NCBI GenBank assembly: GCA_050178385.1
Contig: JBFXGD010000112.1
Location: forward strand, 1-11,624
From: Calditrichaceae bacterium
GTDB lineage: Bacteria; Calditrichota; Calditrichia; Calditrichales; JBFXGD01
DNA: 11,624 bases
Direction: 5' to 3'
Position 1 is the first letter of the stretch. Each line of letters starts with the position of its first letter. Below the pieces are notes generated by a model. That model made no database searches. It was not told the origin of the DNA and saw nothing but the letters and a program-made list of their open reading frames with translations. This document shows, piece after piece, positions 1 through 7,595 of this stretch. Made by a program: the position numbers and the translations under genes.

Positions 1-1
1 C

Positions 2-1462
2 GTAGCCAAAACCGGTGAAGTGATCAATATTCCTGATGCATATAAAGACAGCCGGTTCGATCCCAGTACTGATAAAAAAACCGGATATCTGACAAAAAGC
101 ATATTATGTATGCCGATCTTTGAATCTCTAAAAGATGAATCAAGAAAACCTAAAATAGTTGGTGTGCTTCAAATTTTAAACAAAAAAGAAGGGGTATTTG
201 ATTCATCTGACGAGGATCTTCTGGCCGGTCTCGCCTCGCAAATCGCTATTTCCATCAATAATTCGCGTCTGTATAACATCCTGGAGAAAAAGGTCAATGA
301 ACTCAATCTTCTCTACGATATTGAGATGGAAGTCGGCAAGGCTTACGATCTTGATGAATTGTTGAACAGGCTTATAAATAAGATAACAGGTACGTTAAAA
401 GTAGAAGCGGCTTTACTAACGATGTATGATCACCATACCCGTGAATTTTCAAACCGGGTCGGAAAAAATCTCGATCTGCAAAAACTGGATGATGCGGGAA
501 TTTCACCAGACAAGTCTATTGCCGGCGAAGTCATCCGAAGCGGAACCGCCTATTTTACCAATGACGCTCATAGTGATAAGATATTCGATAAAAAGTACAG
601 TGAAATTACAGGAATCCAAATTGTTCATGCGGCCTGTGCCCCTCTTAAAATCGGTAATGAGGTTGTCGGCATCGTTGAAGTATATAATAAAACGGAAAAA
701 GATGATTTTTTCCGTGCCGAAGATGTGGTCATGATTAATTCACTCGCGAGCCAAATCTCCAGAATTATAGAAACTTACCGGTTACGGGAAGAAAAAATGA
801 AGGAAGATCGTCTGGCCGCCATCGGAAATATGATGAGCACCATCGTACATGATCTCAGGACTCCAATGAATAATATATATGGGTTTGTGGATTTGATGAT
901 TGATGAAAATGGACCTGAAGTCAGGAAAGAATACGCGGAGATAGTGATTCAGCAGATAAAAAGTTTAAACAATATGACGACGGATGTTCTGGATTTCGCT
1001 AAAGGGAAAACCACTATTCTGCCGGTAAAATGTGCTGTTAATAAATTGCTGGATGAATTCGTTCGTGTTTTTGCGGAAGATGTAAAGAAAAAAGGATATC
1101 AGTTCCAATCAGAATGCAAAACAGCCAGTATGATTTATGTGGATACCGAGAAAATATCCCGTGTCTTTATGAATATTATGAAAAACGCGATTGAAGCAAT
1201 GGAGCCCGGCGGAACCTTCTCTATCGTCGCGGATGAGTTAAACGGGGAAGTGAGATTTTCATTATCGGATACGGGCAAAGGAATTCCGGTGGAAATTCAG
1301 GATAAGCTGTTTGATTCATTTGTAACAAGCGGCAAGGAGGGTGGGACCGGTCTCGGACTTGCGATTGTAAAAAAAATGATAGATCAGCACCATGGAAGGA
1401 TAGAAGTGGAATCTGAGCCGGGGCGCGGAACGACTTTCAATATTTATTTAAAAAGATTATAG
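2..1462 (+). CDS. Tandem GAF-domain sensor histidine kinase (GAF-GAF-HisKA-HATPase_c), 5'-truncated by the window edge
   Basis: The frame is open from base 2 (VAKTGEVINIPDAYKDSRF, a typical mid-GAF segment), so the GTG at 20 is internal. Two GAF repeats end in NK..F..D motifs (LNKKEGVFDSSDE; YNKTEKDDFFRAED). H-box HDLRTPM, N-box NIMKNA, G1 DTGKGI, F-box LFDSF, G2 GGTGLGL. Stop TAG at 1460-1462. Confidence 0.95.
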   Translation, partial: VAKTGEVINIPDAYKDSRFDPSTDKKTGYLTKSILCMPIFESLKDESRKPKIVGVLQILNKKEGVFDSSDEDLLAGLASQIAISINNSRLYNILEKKVNELNLLYDIEMEVGKAYDLDELLNRLINKITGTLKVEAALLTMYDHHTREFSNRVGKNLDLQKLDDAGISPDKSIAGEVIRSGTAYFTNDAHSDKIFDKKYSEITGIQIVHAACAPLKIGNEVVGIVEVYNKTEKDDFFRAEDVVMINSLASQISRIIETYRLREEKMKEDRLAAIGNMMSTIVHDLRTPMNNIYGFVDLMIDENGPEVRKEYAEIVIQQIKSLNNMTTDVLDFAKGKTTILPVKCAVNKLLDEFVRVFAEDVKKKGYQFQSECKTASMIYVDTEKISRVFMNIMKNAIEAMEPGGTFSIVADELNGEVRFSLSDTGKGIPVEIQDKLFDSFVTSGKEGGTGLGLAIVKKMIDQHHGRIEVESEPGRGTTFNIYLKRL

Positions 1463-1465
1463 TTT

Positions 1466-2413
1466 ATGAGCAGGCTTGCATATCTCTATGATCCCATATT
1501 TCTAAATCATCAGCCGGGGATCTATCATCCCGAACGTCCTGAACGTTTATCGGGAATGCATTCCTATCTTCAAAATAAAAACATGTTCAGCAAGGTCGAT
1601 ATTCTTGCCCCGCAACAAGCGCCGCTTGAATACATAGAGCTGGTGCACGATCGACAGTATATTGACACCATTTTGAAGTTCCGGGGCTCAGAGAGACAGG
1701 TTCTTGATTCGGGTGATACTGTTCTGAGCAAAGACTCGGTTGATGCGGCTTTAACGGCGGCCGGGTCGGCTGTAATGGCGGTGGATTTGATATTCGACAG
1801 CGGAAAATATGACAAGGTGTTCTGCGCGGTTCGACCACCCGGGCACCATGCTGAGCATAATCAGGCAATGGGATTCTGTATATTTAATAATGTAGCCATT
1901 GCCGCAAAATATGCTCAAAAAAAAGAGTATGTCAAGAATATATTGATCATTGACTGGGATGTTCATCATGGAAATGGCACTCAGAATTCATTCTATGAGG
2001 ACGACACCGTTTTTTATTTTAGCATTCATCAACACCCGCATTTCCCCGGGACAGGGCATGCTTTTGAAACCGGAGAAGGGAACGGAAAAGGATTTAATTT
2101 GAATATTCCCCTGCCCGGAGGGCAAAATGATGATGAATACCTCAAAATATTCGAAGATGGTCTTAAGGAAGTCGAAGGCAGGTTCAGTCCTGAACTTATA
2201 TTAATTTCAGCCGGATTTGATGCCCACTATTCTGATCCGTTGGCCGGAATGCGTTTAACCGCCGATGGATTTTATAAATTAACCGAGATGACGGCCCGTT
2301 TCGCGGAGAAATACTGTCAGGGACATATAATATCGTTTTTGGAAGGCGGTTATAATTCCGACGGTCTTGGACAGAGTGTTTTTCGGCATCTTGAATGTTT
2401 ATTGAAACATTGA
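1466..2413 (+). CDS. Zn-dependent histone deacetylase family protein (class II-like; AcuC/acetylpolyamine amidohydrolase-like)
   Basis: All hallmark motifs are intact: HPERPERL, RPPGHHA, GFCIFNN, DWDVHHGNGT (Zn ligands), SAGFDAH..DPL, LEGGY (catalytic Tyr). Starts 3 bp after the kinase stop. Confidence 0.95.
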   Translation: MSRLAYLYDPIFLNHQPGIYHPERPERLSGMHSYLQNKNMFSKVDILAPQQAPLEYIELVHDRQYIDTILKFRGSERQVLDSGDTVLSKDSVDAALTAAGSAVMAVDLIFDSGKYDKVFCAVRPPGHHAEHNQAMGFCIFNNVAIAAKYAQKKEYVKNILIIDWDVHHGNGTQNSFYEDDTVFYFSIHQHPHFPGTGHAFETGEGNGKGFNLNIPLPGGQNDDEYLKIFEDGLKEVEGRFSPELILISAGFDAHYSDPLAGMRLTADGFYKLTEMTARFAEKYCQGHIISFLEGGYNSDGLGQSVFRHLECLLKH

Positions 2414-2462
2414 TCATAATTCATTAATTTTGAATATCCAGAAACATTGGCGGAGTGAAGCA

Positions 2463-3236
2463 ATGAGTACAGGCAAATTTGAAAAAATGTTTCCCGTTTC
2501 AAAATCGTTTGCCTGCATTATCCTTTTATTATTTGCAGCTTTGCCGATATTTTCATGTAAGCAGGATAAAGTTATGGAAAAGTCTGCGGATGAGTTCGCC
2601 GAGTTGCGAGAAACCATGATACGCAGACAGATCGCAGCGAGGGGCATCAAAGATTCGCTTGTGCTGAAAGCGATGTCAATCGTTCCGCGCCATCTGTTTG
2701 TGCCGGCTGACCATATGGCTCAGGCTTATAAAGATGAGCCCCTTCCGATTGGTGAGGATCAGACAATAAGCCAGCCCTATGTTGTGGCTTTTATGACAGA
2801 ACAATTGAGGGTAGGGCCGGGAGACCGGGTACTTGAAATTGGAACGGGATCAGGATATCAGGCCGCGATTTTGAGTCAAATTGTCGACTCGGTGTTCACA
2901 ATTGAAATTATTGATGCTCTGACCCAAAAAGCTGAGATTGTTTTAAAGGATCTTAATTACAACAACGTGGTTGTAAAAACCGGAGACGGTTATTTAGGCT
3001 GGCCGGAAAAGGCTCCCTTTGACGCGATCATTGTAACAGCCGCGCCGCCGACAATACCTCCTTTGCTGATTGAACAGTTGAAAGTCGGTGGCAAGATGGT
3101 GCTTCCGGTTGGTGAGTATGTGCAGGAACTGGTTTTGGTAAGCAAGAATGAGAGCGGGCTCTCCATGGAGAATGTTTTACCGGTCCGTTTTGTCCCCATG
3201 ACAGGCAAAATTCAGGAGATGAAGGGTAAAAAATAA
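2463..3236 (+). CDS. pcm: Protein-L-isoaspartate(D-aspartate) O-methyltransferase with N-terminal lipoprotein-like signal peptide
   Basis: Pcm motifs VPRHLFV, QTISQPYVV, SAM-binding VLEIGTGSGY, APFDAIIVTA, QLKVGGKMVLP, VRFVPM. Start placed at ATG 2463 because GGAG at 2452-2455 lies 7 nt upstream. TTG 2430 and ATG 2487 are alternatives. The hydrophobic stretch ends in IFS-C (Cys codon 2556-2558). Confidence 0.95.
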   Translation: MSTGKFEKMFPVSKSFACIILLLFAALPIFSCKQDKVMEKSADEFAELRETMIRRQIAARGIKDSLVLKAMSIVPRHLFVPADHMAQAYKDEPLPIGEDQTISQPYVVAFMTEQLRVGPGDRVLEIGTGSGYQAAILSQIVDSVFTIEIIDALTQKAEIVLKDLNYNNVVVKTGDGYLGWPEKAPFDAIIVTAAPPTIPPLLIEQLKVGGKMVLPVGEYVQELVLVSKNESGLSMENVLPVRFVPMTGKIQEMKGKK

Positions 3237-3327
3237 GCCGGTGCAGAATCATATAAATAACAGGAGAAGTTCGTAATTTACAATCTCTGCCGGTTGTAAA
3301 TACATATTCTTACAGGACGGAAAAGAG

Positions 3328-4458
3328 TTGGGTATCAAAGAATTAATCATTCAGTCTGAAAAAATAATTTCCGGCAGAATGCAGCTAGACTGGTTTAGTC
3401 GATTCTATGGCGTTCCGGTTTATAAAAAACAGCGTAATAAAATATCCGAAGATGAAGTACGCCGGATCCAGGATGAATTGCTTAATGAAGGCATTTTCTC
3501 TGAAGCGGAAATGTCAGCAAAAAAGTATTATCTAAGGTTGTTACAGGGACGCAGAATAGAGCGTAAAAATAAATATTTATTACATATTATCCTTTTTTTG
3601 CTTACGATTGTAACAACAACCATGACAGGTGCCCTGCTGCGTGGAAAAAACCCGTTTGCATCCCTGGAAGATTTCTCATTTGGCTTTGCCTATTCATTCG
3701 CGCTGCTGGCGATATTATTTGCTCACGAGATGGGACACTATCTGTATTCACGCTATTACAAAGTAGATGTGACGCTCCCGTATTTTATTCCGTTTTTTAT
3801 TCCGGGATTTCATCCGGGGACACTTGGCGCGTTTATAAAGATGCGTTCGCCCATTCCGGATAAAAAGGCGCTTTTTGATATTGGAATCGCGGGTCCATTG
3901 GCGGGATTTGTATTAAGCGTTTTGTTCCTGATAGCTGGCTTTTCTATGCTGCCTGACGAAGCCGGGATATATAATTATATCGCTCAGATCCATCCACTCG
4001 ATTCGCCGGACGGTGTAGCCCTGACGCTTGGGAACACGCTGTTGTATGATTTTATCGCATCGTTTTTTGGCGGCCAGCGACTTCCCATGAGTGAAATGTA
4101 TCATTTCCCATTTATATTCGCGGGCTGGTTCGGACTTTTGGTTACGGCCATCAATCTGATGCCGATCGGACAATTAGACGGCGGACATATCACCTTTTCA
4201 ATGTTTGGACATCGGGCGCGATTTGTTGCCATGGGAGCGTTCGTCTTGCTGATTCTGTTAAACGTCTATTTGATATCAAATTATAATTCATATATCTGGG
4301 TCCTTTGGTCAGTCCTGATTCTTGTATTCATCAGATTTAAACATCCGCCGACTCTGAACGACAGGGCCGAGCTGGGATCTTTCCGAATAATTCTTGGCTG
4401 GATTTCTTATGTTATATTTATCGCATGTTTTTCACCAATGCCCATCTATTTATCTTAA
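3328..4458 (+). CDS. Site-2 protease family (peptidase M50) intramembrane zinc metalloprotease
   Basis: HEMGH (HExxH) within a hydrophobic segment, IAGPLAG, and NLMPIGQLDGGH (NxxPxxxxDG), plus multiple TM segments. No PDZ or CBS domain is evident. The start (TTG 3328 versus ATG 3379) is uncertain. Confidence 0.92.
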   Translation: MGIKELIIQSEKIISGRMQLDWFSRFYGVPVYKKQRNKISEDEVRRIQDELLNEGIFSEAEMSAKKYYLRLLQGRRIERKNKYLLHIILFLLTIVTTTMTGALLRGKNPFASLEDFSFGFAYSFALLAILFAHEMGHYLYSRYYKVDVTLPYFIPFFIPGFHPGTLGAFIKMRSPIPDKKALFDIGIAGPLAGFVLSVLFLIAGFSMLPDEAGIYNYIAQIHPLDSPDGVALTLGNTLLYDFIASFFGGQRLPMSEMYHFPFIFAGWFGLLVTAINLMPIGQLDGGHITFSMFGHRARFVAMGAFVLLILLNVYLISNYNSYIWVLWSVLILVFIRFKHPPTLNDRAELGSFRIILGWISYVIFIACFSPMPIYLS

Positions 4459-4597
4459 ACACAGACAAAAAGATAAAAGAAGAGAGTGCGCAGGAGATTT
4501 TGTATTTATCAAACAAGCCGTCTATCAGCCAGGCTTAATCCAGAATATAACAACAGGATTTCAGTTATTTAAAATGTTTCGGCAATGAAAGGAAAAG

Positions 4598-5188
4598 ATG
4601 TTTTTTACAATTTTAATGATACTGATCATTGTTTTTGGTATTTGGGGATTGATGGTTTGGCTGCGCAAAACATCCTGGGACGCGGTTCACCGTAATCTGC
4701 TTGATCTGGAAGATAATTATGATGGACAGGTGATTCGCAGAGGATTTGCCAGCAGGCCGATATTCCACGGAAAGTATAATAACTTTGGATTAACGGTCAA
4801 TTTCAGCACGGCAAAATCGACTGACGGCCGAATGACTTATATTGATATAAGTTACGAAAGAAGCGGTTCGGTTTCATTGTCAATTTCAGATAAAAAATGG
4901 CTGGAATCGCAGGAGGCGGGAGAAATGCAGGATTTTAAATCCATAACAACCGCTTCAGGCTCCGAACTGATTATTCGTCCGGTTTCGGGAGAAGCTGTAC
5001 AACGATTACTGAATAAAAAATCATTTTTGGATTTATTGAACAATTTTGATAATCTGGCATATATTTTTATCGGAAAAAGCGGGGTCATTACTGAATTTAT
5101 GACGCAAGAGGTTATCAAAGAAACAGAATTTAAAAAAATGAATGAAAGAATAATTTTAATCGATAAACTTATTAAGGTGGTCGGGTAA
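4598..5188 (+). CDS. Hypothetical protein with a single N-terminal transmembrane anchor
   Basis: 196-aa ORF with AAGGA RBS upstream. Hydrophobic N-terminus FFTILMILIIVFGIWGLMVWL is followed by RK. Its TAA overlaps the era ATG (TAATG, 5186-5190). No family motif recognised. Confidence 0.8.
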   Translation: MFFTILMILIIVFGIWGLMVWLRKTSWDAVHRNLLDLEDNYDGQVIRRGFASRPIFHGKYNNFGLTVNFSTAKSTDGRMTYIDISYERSGSVSLSISDKKWLESQEAGEMQDFKSITTASGSELIIRPVSGEAVQRLLNKKSFLDLLNNFDNLAYIFIGKSGVITEFMTQEVIKETEFKKMNERIILIDKLIKVVG

Positions 5189-6081
5189 TGGAAACAATTT
5201 CGTCGGAATTCAGGGCAGGATATGTGGCAATAATCGGTTTACCGAATGCTGGTAAATCAACATTGATGAATTCCTTGCTGGATATTAAATTATCAATTAT
5301 ATCATCAAAACCGCAGACCACCCGAAGGAGAGTACTGGGCATCTTAAACAAAAAAGATCTTCAGGCGATCTTTATAGATACACCGGGAATATTAGAACCA
5401 AAATACAATTTACAAAAACGTATGATGCAAAATGTGGGCAGCGCGCTTGATGACGCGGATTTAATATTAATGATTGTTGACGCGAAACAAAAAACGCATC
5501 CCGTCAGACTTGATATCAATTCGTTGAATCCCAAACAAAAACCTGTCGTTCTGATTCTGAATAAGGTGGACATAATACCCAAAGCCGATTTGCTTCCGCT
5601 TATTGAAAAATACAGTAAACATTATCCATTCCAATCGATTATTCCCATATCCGCCCTAAAGAAGGACGGAATGGCTGAACTTGAGAAAGAAATGTCCTCT
5701 CTGCTGCCGCTCAGTCCGCCATACTATCCGCCGGATACTCTAACGGATCGTCCTGAGCGATTTTTTGTAGCCGAAATTATCAGAGAGAAAATATTTGAAA
5801 AATTCTGGCAGGAAATTCCTTATTCAACCGAAGTGGAAATTGAGACTTTTACAGAAAGAGATAAGGGCAAAGATTATATTTCAGCAGTGATTTATGTGGA
5901 ACGAAAATCCCAGAAGGGAATTCTGATAGGCAATAAGGGGGAGGCACTCAAGTCTATCGGTTCTGAAGCCCGCGCGGAAATCGAAACGTTTTTGGATCGG
6001 GGAGTTTTCCTTGATTTAAGGGTTAAGGTGAACGAAGACTGGCGTAAAGACGACAAGAAACTGAATCGTCTTGGATACTGA
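5188..6081 (+). CDS. era: GTPase Era (ribosome small-subunit assembly)
   Basis: G1 GLPNAGKS, G2 QTTR, G3 DTPG, G4 NKVD, G5 ISAL, EIIREK linker and C-terminal KH domain (SQKGILIGNKG). Length 297 aa. Confidence 0.97.
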   Translation: METISSEFRAGYVAIIGLPNAGKSTLMNSLLDIKLSIISSKPQTTRRRVLGILNKKDLQAIFIDTPGILEPKYNLQKRMMQNVGSALDDADLILMIVDAKQKTHPVRLDINSLNPKQKPVVLILNKVDIIPKADLLPLIEKYSKHYPFQSIIPISALKKDGMAELEKEMSSLLPLSPPYYPPDTLTDRPERFFVAEIIREKIFEKFWQEIPYSTEVEIETFTERDKGKDYISAVIYVERKSQKGILIGNKGEALKSIGSEARAEIETFLDRGVFLDLRVKVNEDWRKDDKKLNRLGY

Positions 6082-6143
6082 TCAAAACAAAAAGAGATGT
6101 TTGATTTATGCGTCAAACCGTACGGAAGAATAAAAGAAGGACT

Positions 6144-6842
6144 ATGCGAAAAAAACTATTACTTTTTGATATAGACGGAACACTGCTTTTAGGCCGCGGT
6201 ATTCCTAAAAAAGCATTTTTGGAAGTTGTGCGGCATCGTTTCCCGGAGTATCAAAACGGAGAAACACTAAAATTTTCCGGAATGACAGATCCAAAAATTG
6301 TACATGACTTGCTGATGGCGAACGGATTTAAAGACCAAATTACACCCCAACTGGAAAAAGAGATTCTTGATGAGTTTGTTCGGGTTCTTGAAGAACGAAT
6401 TACACCCGACAACCCTCCGCTTGTCCTCCCGGGTGTCGTGGAGCTGCTTGATCGCTGTGTCAGCGATGAGAACATTTTTCTTGGTTTGGTTACCGGCAAC
6501 ATTATGCAGGGGGCAAGAATTAAGTTATCGGCCGCCGGCTTATATCATTATTTTGCGGTGGGCGCGTTTGGAAGTGACCACATTGACAGGGCTTTCCTGC
6601 CGCCACTCGCCATACGGCGGTCCGAAAAATATTTTGATCAGACTTTTGCCCCTGAAGATATCTGGATAATTGGGGATAGTATTCATGATGTAGCATGCGC
6701 GAAAGCAAATAACCTGAAATGTCTGGCGATATACACGGGTTTTACAACAAAAGAAGAATTGCTTGCGGAGAATCCGGAATATTTACTTGAAAATTTTCTG
6801 GATGCAGACCATGTAATGTCGATTTTTAATAATAAATGTTGA
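6144..6842 (+). CDS. HAD-superfamily hydrolase (phosphoglycolate-phosphatase-like)
   Basis: Motif I LLLFDIDGTL, motif II VTGN, motif IV IIGDSIHD. ATG 6144 follows AGAAGGA and puts motif I at the N-terminus, so it is preferred over ATG 6108. Confidence 0.9.
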   Translation: MRKKLLLFDIDGTLLLGRGIPKKAFLEVVRHRFPEYQNGETLKFSGMTDPKIVHDLLMANGFKDQITPQLEKEILDEFVRVLEERITPDNPPLVLPGVVELLDRCVSDENIFLGLVTGNIMQGARIKLSAAGLYHYFAVGAFGSDHIDRAFLPPLAIRRSEKYFDQTFAPEDIWIIGDSIHDVACAKANNLKCLAIYTGFTTKEELLAENPEYLLENFLDADHVMSIFNNKC

Positions 6843-6926
6843 AAATATGATTGGTGTCAAGGTGATCACCGATTGTATTAACCGAAAAGTATGTAAAGAT
6901 AAAACCGATTTCACGGGAGTGGGATA

Positions 6927-7370
6927 ATGAACGGACATTCTTTTCTATTTAAAGAAGGAAAATGGAAAGCGGCCGGAGTATATACTGATGCCGACGGAAT
7001 TTCCAATCATGCGCATGGAAAAGTAATAATTAAACACACTGCCGGATTATGGGTCAGCGATGGAACTATGTATGTGAAGGGCTTAATCGACGCCGAAATT
7101 AAAAATAATTATGAAATAATACCTTTTAGAGATGGAAAAGATTTTACTACCTGGAAATCAGTAAATCCGGTTTTTGGATTGCTGACCGGTCGTTTAATGG
7201 TGATCGCGGATTCAATTCTATCAATGTACAGCTCAGAAGATGGTATAATCACTGGTTTTGAAAGCCTGCTCCAAATCAATAGTCGTTTGTATAGAAACTG
7301 GGGATTTGTGTTCAAAGGCAAGGATAAATTATCATCATGGGCAATGGATTTAGAAAAACTGGATTTGTGA
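6927..7370 (+). CDS. Hypothetical cytoplasmic protein, predicted all-beta (calycin/lipocalin-like barrel candidate)
   Basis: 147-aa ORF with GGGAG RBS. N-terminal EGKWKAAG (G-x-W) followed by alternating beta-strand patterns. No signal peptide. The fold assignment is inference only. Confidence 0.75.
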   Translation: MNGHSFLFKEGKWKAAGVYTDADGISNHAHGKVIIKHTAGLWVSDGTMYVKGLIDAEIKNNYEIIPFRDGKDFTTWKSVNPVFGLLTGRLMVIADSILSMYSSEDGIITGFESLLQINSRLYRNWGFVFKGKDKLSSWAMDLEKLDL

Positions 7371-7482
7371 AATCGGGTTTCAGCTTAAACAAAGAAGTAC
7401 TTTTTAATCAATCAGGAATTTAATCCAAAGCCCAAACTTCTTATTTCAAGTTAGTTCCGATGACAAAAAGACAAAAGTCATT

Positions 7483-7510
7483 TTGATTACGCTTTAAAAT
7501 TATTTATATT
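7483..7510 (+). promoter_or_regulatory. Candidate sigma70-type promoter for the peptide transporter
   Basis: TTGATT (7483-7488), 16-nt spacer, TATATT (7505-7510), in a very AT-rich 225-bp intergenic region. Such matches arise easily by chance here. Confidence 0.3.
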
Positions 7511-7595
7511 TTTATCTTTTCTGTAAAAAACAGAAGAATTTTGCGAACATAATTGAAATAAAAATATAAACATTTGACAAAACTGAGGAGATTTC

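Noticed and set aside
20..22. GTG at 20 as the start of the histidine kinase
   Set aside because: The frame is open upstream and residues from base 2 continue the GAF domain, so the gene begins outside the window.
4394..4588. 64-aa + strand ORF overlapping the end of the S2P gene, and a 12-codon TTG ORF at 4500 after AGGAG
   Set aside because: The first overlaps a real CDS out of frame and has no motif. In the second, the RBS-like sequence is only about 3 nt from the start.
6848..6875. Imperfect hairpin containing the palindrome GGTGATCACC after the HAD gene
   Set aside because: Several G-U pairs, a bulge and no U-tract. Too weak to call a terminator.
7519..7535. Short hairpin TTCTGT-AAAAA-ACAGAA in the POT leader
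   Set aside because: A 6-bp AT-rich stem is expected by chance in this region, and there is no recognisable riboswitch or attenuator context.
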